Positions 13,269 to 25,850 of a stretch of 44,022 nt of DNA are shown here, piece after piece. Origin of the DNA: Geosiphon pyriformis uo1 (lineage: Eukaryota > Fungi > Glomeromycota); contig JAAOMT010000198.1 in assembly GCA_016748015.1 (NCBI GenBank), positions 1-44,022 on the forward strand. The letters run 5' to 3'. A program made the position numbers and the translations under genes. Numbering within the stretch: position 1 is the first letter of the stretch; the number at the start of each line of letters is the position of its first letter. Below the pieces are notes generated by a model. The model searched no databases and was not told where the DNA came from. It saw only the letters and a program-made list of their open reading frames with translations.

Positions 13269-14160
13269 AACTAAAGAAACTAGAGTAGATACCGAACAGA
13301 TATTTTTTGATGATTTAGATGATGGCGAATGAATTGATAATATTATGTGCAAATTTTCTCATTATGAGAACCAAGAAAGTCATAATGCTTAAAAAGAATA
13401 TATTTTTAATGAGTTTGCGTCCTAGAAAATGCACATCTTTTTTAAAAAAAGATTTTCAGCAAAGCAGAGCTATATGAGATAGAAAGTTTTAATCTCAAGT
13501 TATGTGGGTATTCTACAATTAAGAAACCGCATTTTTATTATTAGTCATATAAAAGGACAAAGTCACTAGCAAGTAAAAGTTTTATTGGCCACAAAAGACT
13601 ACCTGAATTGAATATTATAGATTTTAGCTCCAAAGATTGAAATTCGTAAAATTGATCGAATCATTTCAAAAAATCTATCACTCAACTGATGACTTTTGAA
13701 TCTTTCCCTATCGTTTTTAAAATTAAGTAATGCATATATTAAATAAAAAATTTGTAACATATACCATATCTTTCTCCTTGATTATACTTAATTTCTTTTT
13801 TCTGGTTGACCTCTGTTTTACTTGAAAGTCAATTTCCATGTACATAAAACTTTGTGTATCATTTGATTTACATATATTCATGAGTAGTAAAGATTGACCA
13901 ATTCACCAGTTAAATGTATATGCCAAAAAAGCCCCAGATGTATGAGAATATGAATTAACTATAAAAGTATATTTCTAACCCTAAATTAGCAAAAATATAT
14001 GCAAGAGCCCATTATCGAAAATTCCAACTTCTAATTTATCCAGCAATTTAAAGCCGAAAATTCATGATTGAATAAAAACTCATAAAATTTCGTAACACCC
14101 TAAGCACATCGAAGGGACGCTTATGAATTAATTTTCCACGTTACCGATATAGGAAGAAGG

Positions 14161-14168
14161 TATAAAAA
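14161..14168 (+). promoter_or_regulatory. Candidate TATA box of the kelch-TM gene
   Basis: TATAAAAA 92 nt upstream of ATG 14253. Weak evidence in so AT-rich a genome. Confidence 0.35.
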
Positions 14169-14252
14169 TGAGTTCGTTGGAATTGAAATTCAATTTTTTA
14201 TCTAGTACCTTTAAATCTTTTTCATATTCTTGTATGATTTTTTGATTTCAAA

Positions 14253-15784
14253 ATGAATAGTTTGAAATTTTTGTTTCCCAAAATTAAGAAACCCTTCTCA
14301 TTTCTCAAAATTGTCATAAATCTCTTACTTTCCACCCAGATATCATTGATTTGCTGTGCCCAAAACTCAACATCACCGGGAACGCGACAATCAAGTTGCA
14401 TGGTAACTTACAAAAACACACTCTACCTTTTTGGGGGTGTGGTATCAAACACTGTCTGGGCTACCAAAGATTACTTTCACTCCGCTGATTTACCATTTAC
14501 CACTGATTCTATCCCATGGAAACCACTGAACTATCAAAATGCAATCAATGTTTGTGACGCAGCTTGTATCGTTGAGGAATCGCTCGGTTACATGTTAGTA
14601 ATTGGGGGTGGAAAACAATCGAATGAAAGTAACCATAATCCAGGGCTGCAAGTTTATAATTTTAACACAGGACTTTGGAATGAGCCGAATTTAGTAAAAA
14701 TTTTTGATACACCAGATCAAATGCGATATTATTATTTTAATCCGAGAGCTACATTTATTCAAAAAAAAATCATTTTTATTTGGGGTGGAACGTTTCTAAA
14801 TGATGCCGTCAAAAGTACCGGGGCTTGGGAATTAAATTTAAATCAAGTTCCGTTTACTTGGACACAGATACAGCACAATGTAAGATGGTTCTGCTTTTTC
14901 TTCAAATCAACTTGATAATATTTTTTAATATTCATTCCTAATGCTTATTCAGTCTTCAATTAAACCCTCACACTCAAGCCCAATAGCAACTTTCAAAGGA
15001 AATGCTTTTATTTTTGGATCAGCATTAAATTCACCAGCATTAAAAATGCCATACATTTATAATCCGAAAATTGGATTCATTATAGCTCCTTATGAAATAT
15101 CATTTCCAATGGAATACGGAGTAGCTGGAATTATGAATGATGTTTTATACATTTTGATTTTAGATGTTATTGAGCAAAATACAGAAGAGCCAATTTTGAC
15201 ACATAAATTTGATTTGAAAATATTAAAATTTGATTCAGCATTTATTCCAACTTCTTCGAATATTTCCCATGTTATGAGAGCTCGTGCCGCCTGGACTCAA
15301 TTTCCTGGGTCAGATGCAATTTTGGTGGGAAAAAAATTTAAAATTAGATGGTAGTTCAATCTATTTTTCTTAAAACCGAAAATTTTTTGACATTTTTTTC
15401 TCAATCTAGATTTATGGAGGAAGCATGAAGGATTCTAATGGGACTTTAAAGACTCTTGATCAAATGCTGATCTACAATATGACAACAGCAGCCTGGTCAA
15501 ATCGAATGAACATTGTAACCCATATTCCGAATGGAAATTACACATTACCCTTGGTAAATGGATTAGAAATCAATCCTGATCCAACTTCTACCACATCCAC
15601 AGCTAAGCCAGTGATAACAGGAAAAGATGGAATCTCTATGGCAATGATTTTAGGAATAATATGTGGCTCAGTTGTTTTTGTAGCAGCATTTGGAATAATT
15701 CTTGTGTGGTTGTCGCGAAACCAAAATCGAACAAGATTTTATCAGGCGGCTGGAATGACTGATCATAAAATAGTGTTACTCTAA
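14253..15784 (+). CDS. Type I membrane protein: signal peptide + kelch/galactose-oxidase-type beta-propeller + S/T stalk + one TM, ~457 aa, 3 exons (14253-14879, 14953-15324, 15410-15784)
   Basis: Kelch GG motifs LYLFGG, MLVIGGG, IFIWGG, AFIFGS, and AIL|IYGG, which is formed across the 2nd splice junction. Each is followed by typical Y..W positions. PTSTTSTAKP stalk; TM MILGIICGSVVFVAAFGIILVWL. Both introns are phase 0 GT-AG. Confidence 0.88.
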
Positions 15785-16239
15785 GTGTAAATATGTGTAG
15801 ACATAAAATATAAAAGTCCATAAATTCTAGATTTTCAAGAAATATTTGAAATGTAAATTTTATTTAAATTTGTGAGTTGCATAAAGTTTATTTTATAAAA
15901 AAGTATATTTAGAATGAAATAACTATATTTGCCATTAAGCATTAGCTTAAAATTTTATTTTTTTATTGTTACTATTAATAAAATTATTTTATTCTTCAAT
16001 AAATCTTTTCGCTATAAATAGTTTAGCTCGGATCGTATTGTGCAACATATGTCAAAAATCTGTTATTTTAGGAATTGTATCGCATAATAAGCGTCACTCA
16101 TTTCTTTTTAAAAATCTGTTACCCCAACTTCTATAACAATGTAACAGATAAAGGAAGATTAATTTAAAGTTCTTAACAAAGCCCCCATTTTAAATTTCCA
16201 AGCCATTCAAGATGAAAAAAAGTTTTTTTTTATTATTCA

Positions 16240-16870
16240 CGTCATGGCAATTGTTTATTATGAAAATTGCTTCTTTTTATCGATTAAATGGATGAGATCT
16301 CGACTTTTTCTAAGTATCGTAGGATTCTTAAATAGGTCATCATTGTAAGCATTAAATTGGTTTTTACCTTTACAGAAAATACCATAGTCTCATAGGATGC
16401 CTGATTTATTAACGACATTTCGAACAATCAAAAACTATCAAACACTATTGTAAATAATCATTAATTGTTGTACATTATAACTTCTATTGTTGCATCTTGG
16501 TTTGAGAATAGAATAGATCCAAATGCCCCAAAAATCCGTTAATAGTATAATAATAATCGTCTTCATAAGTAAACGAACTGTTCTTCATAAAAACTAGCAC
16601 AAAATCAATTCAATTCCTATATGTCCATCATATTGAAGTCTTTATGCCTCCCCGAGATTTTTATGCAGATGCTGAGCACAACAACCGGCTTACTTTATTG
16701 GAAATATAAAGTGAAAGTCCTTTCAGATTGATGAATTTCAATTATGGTAATTTTCATTAAAGCCTAGACGGCGGTCCACTTCGAACTCTAACTCTACCAA
16801 TCCCACCGGGAAATAGCATTAATAAGGAATTTATTTCTGAAAATAATTCCGGTTGTAAATTTAACCTTGG
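16240..16870 (-). pseudogene. Possible decayed gene, F-box-like start
   Basis: Minus strand reads LNLQPELFSEINSLL at ~16865-16820 (F-box-like L..PE...EI...L), then GPP..NE.Y and a GT-AG intron-like segment (gtaaaa...cttag, ~16368-16311). Multiple stops. Confidence 0.3.
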
Positions 16871-19800
16871 TTAATTTATAATTGGAAAATTAATTTTGCA
16901 TAGTGTCTATTGTGTATGCCAACTATTTTTTCTCTTTTTGAGTTACTTTATTTAATAATACATCTTATTTCATTTTGATTTTAGACTGCCAAAAGTATTT
17001 GCTAGAGATCAGCGATTAAAAAAATTAGAATCCAAAAAAAATTTACATTGACTTGTAAGCTAAGCCTGTCTAATGTGTGGCCGTTCACTTTATTTTTTTA
17101 TTGTGAGTTTATCATCTGAAAATGATTATGCACTTATGCCATCCTAAAAAATTGATTTCTAAAATTGTCTTTACTATGCTAGCGTCTAACAACTATGAGA
17201 TTAATATTTAGATGCAGAAATTTTTAATTTCCTCAATCACAATCATACATAAACAAATATTTTTCCAACTTCAACTGTTTTCAATGTAAACTTTCAGAAT
17301 TTGTCATACAAGCGTCTATAAAAAATTGCGAGTATGTCTACACGTTTTATTTTTGACTTTTAAACTGAGATATTGAGCTCTAATAAAAAGTTGTGACCCT
17401 TTATCCCTAAACCATCATACAGACCAATTTGCTAATGATAATATGTGAAGTAATAGCTTTTGAAACTTTTTCAATATTATAAAATTAATATATAGAAAAA
17501 GACCAACATAAATGAGGATAAATAAAATGAATAAAAGTAACTAAAAAAATTGGTTAAACCAAAACTAATTATTTTTAATGATAAATTTGTTTAATGCTTT
17601 TGTGAAAATTTATTCAACAATTAACATTACATTATCAATTTAATTATTAGCCTTAACATTTATTTATTTTATGTAAATGCTTTAACTAAATATGATCTAT
17701 GTTATGTTACATACACATGTTCATAAAAAATGTAAATTGCATGCGACTGGCCACCCAAATTTATGTTAAAACTACTTTAATTTAGACAATTTATAAAAAT
17801 TCTCTGTTTTTATTCTTTTATTATGATTTTTTAAGCACTCTTATTTTGAACATACTTATTTAACCAAGCCTTAATGTTTTTTTGTTGTCTTCAACTGTGT
17901 TATTTTGCAAGTTTTACAACTTGAATCTTGTTTTTCACAGCAGAAAACTTAGTTTCTATCTTTCCATTAGACTTATTAGTAAACACTGACAATTACACAG
18001 ATTTTTTCAAATAATTAGCCAATTAAGCTACAACTAAGATTTTTTTTGGTTTTCATATTAAGTCTAGTTACAATTATAAAAGATACAGCAAATTAAATAA
18101 TAGCTTAAACATAAAAAAAATCAGTAAACTGGTTTATAATAATTATTTTTTACTATAAATAGCTTGATACAGTTTTATTTATTACCAAATATAATACTTT
18201 TTTAAAATTTCAGTTTTAAGAACAGTTAATTTCTAGTTTTTTAATTAAGAAAAAAATTCTAATATTATTATTTTTACAAAATTAACCACTAATTTAAAGC
18301 AAAGTTAACAGAAACAAAAAGTTTAAAATAAACAATAATATATTGTCACAAACCAATAAGTTTAAGCTTAATAATAAAAATTTTACTAAATACTTTAAAA
18401 ACATTTTTAAAATTATTAAAGCATATTAATTGAAATATATAGAATATTACAACAACAAATTTGGAAATAGAATTAAAAAGCCTAACAGATTTTGCAATTT
18501 TTTATGTAATAAAAAATAATTCAGCAAGCTCAATTTTGGTAAAAGTATATAAAGAGTTTTAAGATACAAAATTAATACAAAATAGTTTAATATTGTTCTT
18601 AAAAACTAATTTAAAGCCAACAACATTATACAGAACCTAAAATACTGTTTTATTAAAACAAAATTATTTACTTAAAATTTGTTTTAATTTCTATGACTTT
18701 AATTCAAATTTTTGAATCAGATAAATTATATAATAATTAAAATAAAAATAACTGTATAAACAATATAGTTAAATATTGGTACATATTTATCTTAATTAAA
18801 AAAATTCTATTTTTTACACCCAAAATAAAATTAATTCTTATTATTAGTATTAATACAAAAATTAATATTAAACAAAAAAAACCAAGGTTTTATTTTTTAA
18901 AAAGTTTATTACTATATTATTAAACAATAATAAAGTCTGTTTTTAATCACATTAATTATTCTTAGAATAATAACTTAGCCACTGGTTTATTGTTAAAAGT
19001 TTTTGAACTTTTTATAATATTATTATTATTACTGTCTTTGATATGCCACTTATAAAAAAAAGTTATTTATTATTAAAAAAAAGAAAATGCTTTTATAGTA
19101 TTCAGTCTAAGTATTTTATAACTGAAAGAACTTTTTGGTTTATTTTTTTTAGTTACTATAGAAAAAATAGAGATTCTTTATTTTTTATTTTATTTGTAAC
19201 TAACCAAAACATAAAATATTTTGCTTATATTTTTAAATAAACCATATAATTTTCGAAACATAAATTTAAAAAAATTATTTTACTTAAATAAATTATTAAT
19301 TATACATAATATTACATAAATATATAGTTACTCTTGGTAATTGGTGTTTGAATTAACATTGATATGGTTCAGACAGTATTAAACAGCGTAATAATTTGTA
19401 TAAAAATTAAAATAAATGAGTCTTTAAAGTAATTAGAATCATTATTGTAGCTATTACCGATATTATCATTGTTAAAAATGTTATTAAAAATATCATCGTT
19501 ATTATTGTTAAATGTATATGATAAAAATTAGAAAAAAGAAATTTTTATCCTAAATTTGATCTGATGATTTATTGATATAATTATTATTAAATAATAGAGT
19601 ATTGGCTAGTTGCAATAAAATAAAACAAAGTATGTTTGTAATTATATATGTGTATTTATAAGTATTTATTAATATTTATGAAAAAAAATTTTCAACTCAA
19701 TGTCACCAAGTCAACTCACTAATCAATATTACATGTTTACTAATCATAATATTATTTGGCCTGTCGAAAAAAAAAGTTGTAATTAACAGTTAATTGGTTC

Positions 19801-20830
19801 ACAATAATAATATAAAACTGTTTTATTATAGATCATTTCAAATTTGGTTTACTGGTTTGATGCTTTTACTGTCTTATAAAACAATACTTTTTGGTTTTTT
19901 ATATCAAAAAACAACAACTTTACAGTATATTCTCAAAATAAAAATTTTAAGATTGAATAAAATGAGATAATTGATTTTTTTATTTAAACAAATAGTCAAT
20001 CAAACTTTGTTCATACATATTAAAATAACATAATTGTTTACTTAAGTCTGAAAAAAGTTAAATCTTTCTTTGAATAATAATCAATTCAGTTTTTAGAATA
20101 TTTTATTATAAAAAATAAAATTTTCTTAATTTGCTAAAAGCAAAAAGTGCAAAAGCTTAAGCAATCAATAAATGTAAATAAATTACAATCTTTTTTGGAT
20201 TTGGTTTTAAATTATTGAAAATTTGTAAAAAATTTCTTCGAAATTGTTTTTATTTAAATTTAAACTCTTGAAAATTTTATTTTCAAATTAATCTTAAAAC
20301 AATTTAATTTAAAAAAGTCTTTTATTTTTTATATTAATGCTTTAAAATTTAGATTACATATTATTTTATTATAAAAAATAGTAATAACAAAGAATATTTA
20401 TAACTTATATAAACAAAAACCCATTTTTAGTTAAAAAACATTACATATTTACTTAATAAGAGTGTTCTACAAAAGTTTAATTAACAAATTATTAATATAA
20501 ATATATTTTAGTTGTTTGTTTTATTGTAATAACTATTTAGTTTCATTATAAAAAATATAAGCTTAAATATTATTAAATTATTAATTAAATCTTCTATTTA
20601 AGTAAATATAATGATAAAATTAATAACAAAAAAATAAGTTATTAAACATAAATACTTTATTTTTATTAATAATTTAATAATTAATTTAATTATTGATAAA
20701 TTATTTTACAACAATAAATTTAGAAAATCATTAAATATTGATAAAATTTTGAAATAAAAAACAACAAAAAAAACATTAATAAATAGTTATCTTAATTATT
20801 AATTATATATATATATATATTATATGTTAT

Positions 20831-21242
20831 TGTTATGGATAAAACTTTTACTTTTTAATTCTTATCTAATTACTTAGCTATAATTAATCACATGTATTAG
20901 CCACTAATATTATATAATTAGCCATCCTATTTTTAGAATAAGTTGTTGATGTGATCATTAACTTGATTATTGACTTGATCATTGATGTAATTACTAATCT
21001 GATTATTGACTAGATCATTGATCTTTTTTTGATAGTATATAAGCAAAACTTTTTAAAGCTGTAGAAAGGCATTCACACTCAGATCAATACAACGATATCA
21101 ATTCCTTTATTTCTCTTTTATTATTTCTTTTCTCTTTTCTTTTCTTGATTTGTATAATTGTTAGTTTTTGTAAAGTATATTGAATAAACGTTTACTGAAA
21201 AGTACAACTGATACCTGATATTGAATTCTAAGAGTGCTGACA
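20831..21242 (+). mobile_element. Possible LTR remnant (TG...CA, ~410 bp)
   Basis: Starts tgttat and ends tgctgaca. In order it contains 12-bp tandem repeats, tatataag (~21037), a pyrimidine tract and aataaa (21183). No TSD found. Confidence 0.35.
20947..21018. repeat. Six degenerate 12-bp tandem units (tgacttgatcat-like) arranged as 2 x 36 bp
   Basis: tgatgtgatcat / taacttgattat / tgacttgatcat / tgatgtaattac / taatctgattat / tgactagatcat. Confidence 0.85.
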
Positions 21243-21949
21243 TGAGGCATAGAATTATACCAGTGTATTATCTTTTGTTAACAGTATGGACTATTCTTCT
21301 ATCTTCAGATTCTCTTGTTACCTTTTGAAAAGAATAGCGACTGAGATATTTATGAGATTGATCTCACACATTGAATCCTTACTAATTCAATTCGCTCATT
21401 AAAGTTGAATTATCTTTTTTGGTTATTTCATTGTCATACAATACTGTTCTTCTTTGCTGACCATAACATTATTATAGATAATGCAGAAAATTATTAGTTT
21501 ATAAAAAAAGCTTTTTTTAATACACTAATAAAAAAAATTTTATAAAAAAGTAAAAATATATTTCAAACTTTATTATTATTATTATTATTATTATTGTTAA
21601 TAAAAATTATCAAATAAATAAATTTTTGGTTTTTAATATTTTTAATTTATTAAAAAATTAGCTATAATATTATTAATTATTAAAACACATATTACAACTT
21701 AAAATAACTATGAAAATATTTTATAATAAAGACTTAAGATATTTTTAATTCTTTAATAAAGCATAAATAATTGTAATAATATTATTTAAAAAAGTTTTTT
21801 CTTTTCTTTATCTAAAATTCTACAAAAAGTAGTATTTTAAAAAAGAAGTTTTTTTTTCTTTTGTTTTATTCTTCACAATTTTACAAGTTACAAATTCTTT
21901 TATTGTGGACCTGACAGTTGCTTTTAACGATAATATAACAAAAAAAAGC

Positions 21950-23760
21950 AAATTTAATTAGTCTTTTCATAAAAAAATAAAACTTAAATATACACAATAA
22001 GGTAATGTATTTCTTCTAGTACAAATTAAATTTTACAAGTCTAGAATATAATATATTCAAGTACTTAAAGATCTAAATTAAGATATGTTCTGCAAAGAAT
22101 TATTTAAGTCAGATATTTTGCAGTATATTATAGTGCAAATGAAAATAATCAAGACATTTTATGAATAAATCTTAACAAAATTGTAAACATCTATTTTCAA
22201 TTTTGATACTTAGTAATTTTAAGACATATTTGGTTAGGTGAGTAGCTTGAAAAATTTTACATTCAATGTAATATAAAATTTTGCATATTACAATAAATCA
22301 AAATTTTTATTAAACCTAAAAAAAAATATTTTCGATTTTTTTATGAAAATTAAATTAGATTTAACAAATAACTTTGGAATAATATTTCAGTAATTTGATC
22401 TCAACTTATAAGCTTAAAATAGTATTTCTTTTAATAGAATATCTTAGTAAATACACTTATTTTTGAAAGTTACATTTCTTAATAGTTTACTGCTTTATTG
22501 CTAAATTATTTTAAACAAAATTGAAACTGTTATTCTTTTTATGCAATATAGTAGTTAATATCTGAAATTACTGCATTAATTTATGTAAATTTCTGAGAAT
22601 GATTATGTAAAACCAGCTTTTAAATGATACTTTAAAAGCTTATTTTAGCTACACTAGCTATTTAATTTCTTTAAGTAATATTTTATTGTTACTGTTACTT
22701 TTGTTTTTGTTGCAATTACTTGCAATAATATTATATACTAATAATTTTACAAAAAGAATATCGAAGAAATTTTGTATTAGGTTAGCTAACTTGAAATTAA
22801 GAATTTACAAGCAAAGTCTTGTTTTTTCTTAATTTGTCAATTTGTGCTGCTTAATTTTGAATTAATTATTAGTAAGATGCATACTTTTTGATAGATATTG
22901 TCAAAATAAGTTAAATTAAAAGTTTTTACATACTGTTTATAATTTTTTTTTAATTATTGATCGAAATAAAATTAATTAATCTTTAAATTTAGTTACTTAA
23001 TATATATATATTTTTAAAGTTTTTTATTAAGTAGCAAAAAAACACAAGATGTAAAAAAAACAAACAAGATACTAATCATTACTAAAACAAATTTTTTATT
23101 GTTAAATTTAATTAGTTTTCTAATAAAGAAATAAAATTTGTATATACATAACCAAGTAATGTATTCCTTTTAGTAAAAATTAAGTTTTACAAGCCTAGAA
23201 TATAATATACTTAGGTACTCAAAGATGCAAATTAAAGTATGTTATTTGTTTTACAAATAGTTATTTGGGTCAAATATTTTGTGGTACATTATTATATAAA
23301 TAAAAATATAAGACATTTTATAAATAAATTTTAAAAAGATTCTAAAAATTTCTAGTTTTTAATATGGCATCTATTCTTTTTAATAGATTTTTGTAATTGT
23401 AAGACATATTTGGTTGCACAAATATCTTGAAAATCTTGTCTGAGATTTTGCATATTACACTAAATTAGAATTTTTATTAAATCCAAAAGAGAAAATTTTT
23501 TGAAAGAGTTTTACTAATAAATAATGTTGGACTGGTTTAAATGCCCATTTGAGCATAAAATTAGTATAATATTTCAGTAATCATGGGCTCAATATAGCTT
23601 TTTTTTTAATATAATAGTCATTCTTTTAATAGAATTTCTTAGTAAACACACTAACTTTTTGAAAGTTTTATTTCTAAATGACTTATTGCTTCATTAATAA
23701 TCAATTTACAAAGAATTGAGAAATCTGTTATTTTTTCCACAGCTTTTTATGTAATAAAGC
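21950..23760 (-). pseudogene. Two diverged direct copies (~21950-22545 and ~23104-23760, offset ~1154 bp) of an eroded coding domain of unknown family
   Basis: Both copies translate on the minus strand to matching peptides: C(I/V)Y*(D/E)ILLKE, ITEIL, TKYVL.L, T(A/T)KYLT(*/Q)I, SLST*(I/V)YYIL(D/G)L*NLI.T(R/K)RNTL. Confidence 0.75.
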
Positions 23761-25637
23761 TGTGATTATTTTTAATAAAAACAATAGCATTTTGCAATAT
23801 TAAGATGAGTTGATAATTTTTTAAAGTAAATATTGAGAAAATATCATTTATATTCTACTTTTATGCCTTCTATGGTGCCAAACTTAATACTTAATTTATT
23901 ACTTGTAGCTAAATGTGTAGTAAAGGCAATTTTAAAGACTAATTTGCAAATAGATAAATATACTTATTTTAACATAGAATAATTTCTATTTTAGATTTTA
24001 AGGTTTTTAAAAACAAAAATATTTAAAAGATTGAAAAATTTGGAAGAACAAAAAACCAATTCAAAAAATTATTTTCAAACAAAAATAATTTTTTGATTAT
24101 TTATTTTGTATTTTTACTTATTTAATATTATTAATTTTAAATAGATATAAATTTAATATTCTCAAGTTTAATATGTCAATAATAATTTTTTTTCATATAA
24201 AAAAATGAAATGAAATAAAAGTATAAACATGGAGTTGAATATATTAACACTAAAAATGAGATATATTTAGTTATTTGCTAAACAAACCATATTTTGATTA
24301 ATGTTATTAAAATCTATCAAAAAAAGTTTTTTGTAATATGAAATATTAATTGAAACATAAGTTCAGTAAATTTTGAATGAAAAATATGAAATTTATTTGT
24401 ATTCACTTTTTATTAATAAAATATTAAATAAATATTAAATAAATGAAATATATGATTAAAAATTGTTTTACAAAAGCAAAAAAAAATTAAATTATGACAT
24501 TAAATAATTATAAATAAATATTTTTGTTTATTATAATTAAAGCATAATATGAATTAAAAGTTAGAAGAATAAATATTTTTACAAATTTTAAATGTGTAGT
24601 TGCATTTATTTATTTTTTAAAGGGTTTTGATATTTTTCTTGTTTTGTATTATAAAACAGAAGTTTTATTTAAACAAATTGGCAGAGTTTTCATCAAGAAT
24701 CAAATCAACTAAAAACTAATTAAATCAAAATTGATTTAATAAAAATGATATAAATTAATTGAAAAAGTATTTTATTAGAAGAATTATTAACTAGAAAAAC
24801 AATTAACTCGACAAATAATTAATTAGAAAATAAAGTGATTAATTAGAAGAGTGAGCAAGTAAAAAATATTACTGATTATGACAATATAAAAAAATCCTGA
24901 CCATTAGTAGCATTATTTTATTTTATCTTGAGTAAAAACTTATGTTTAAATATATGTCAATTGTATCTTATAATCCCTAAAAATAAAATTTTTTGGTGTA
25001 AATTGCTCTGATAATAGCCTTCTTTACTAACAAAATTTTATGATATGAATTTATTTGAATTAATTAGTACATATTATTAATAAACTGTTTGAAGGCTTCT
25101 AGCTTTGTCGTAAATTTTATTAGGCGTGAGATAAATTTCATTGTGTTCTAGCAGAAAGTAGTAAAAATCGGCAGAAGATTGAAATGTGACCACGAGGGAT
25201 CTCAATGAAAATTCTATTTTTCCTCGCATTCGCTATAATGAACGCTAGCTTTTCTCAATAAAAAGGTTAGAAATAAAAGAAAAAAACTGAAGAGAATTAG
25301 AGCAGCGAGAAAAATAAGGCTGTATAAACTAAAAATTAATTAATAAATATCGTTTTTATCCCGTATTTGTATATCCAAATTTAGTTATTTTCATTCAATC
25401 ATTGAAAATAACCTTTGAATATTTCATTCCTTCTTTCAAATTAACTTAACCATTAGCAATAGCTTTAAAGTTTTTGTGCACTAAAAACAAATTTGAGGAA
25501 AGTTCTTATAAAAAGAAGGTCTCTCGCTCGCTCAATTACAAATTAACAACTTTTAATTATCAAAGTAAAAAAATACTATTGGCTTAGTCTAACTTTCTCC
25601 ACAAAAGATAAAAAGGCATTTTGAAAAAACCTTTAAT

Positions 25638-25850
25638 ATGACACCCCAATCAACTTTCAAAAAATTATTTTTAGTCTTTTTAGTTTTTGCTTTCATTGCT
25701 ATTAATACATTTGCTGTGACTGCTCAAGACAATAACGGTCCCATCAAATCCTTCGAACAGCCTACCACAGCTAGTGAATCACAAGACAATCTTCCTCCTC
25801 GATGCCCTCGAGAGGAGTGTTTCACAACTACCAAGAGCAAAGACATGTAA
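25638..25850 (+). CDS. Small secreted protein/peptide precursor (70 aa as is; 3' end uncertain)
   Basis: Clear signal peptide MTPQSTFKKLFLVFLVFAFIAINTFAVTA-QD. GC content above flanks; TATAAAAA at 25507. The same frame continues 18 codons with two more Cys after TAA 25848-25850. Confidence 0.75.
   Translation: MTPQSTFKKLFLVFLVFAFIAINTFAVTAQDNNGPIKSFEQPTTASESQDNLPPRCPREECFTTTKSKDM

Larger units (their letters stand above)
17450..25050. mobile_element. About 7.6 kb block of nested, strongly decayed repeat/transposon-derived DNA
   Basis: Extreme AT content, near absence of CpG, no credible ORFs. Contains an LTR-like segment and a tandemly duplicated eroded coding block. Family not identifiable; boundaries approximate. 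Confidence 0.55.

Noticed and set aside
13075-13352. Minus-strand ORFs with VLVS / LFWF repeats
   Set aside because: Antisense shadows of the 12-bp EQKP repeat.
23240-23300. Plus-strand YLGQIF resembling the RT YLGH motif
   Set aside because: No flanking RT motifs; conservation between the two copies fits the minus-strand frame.
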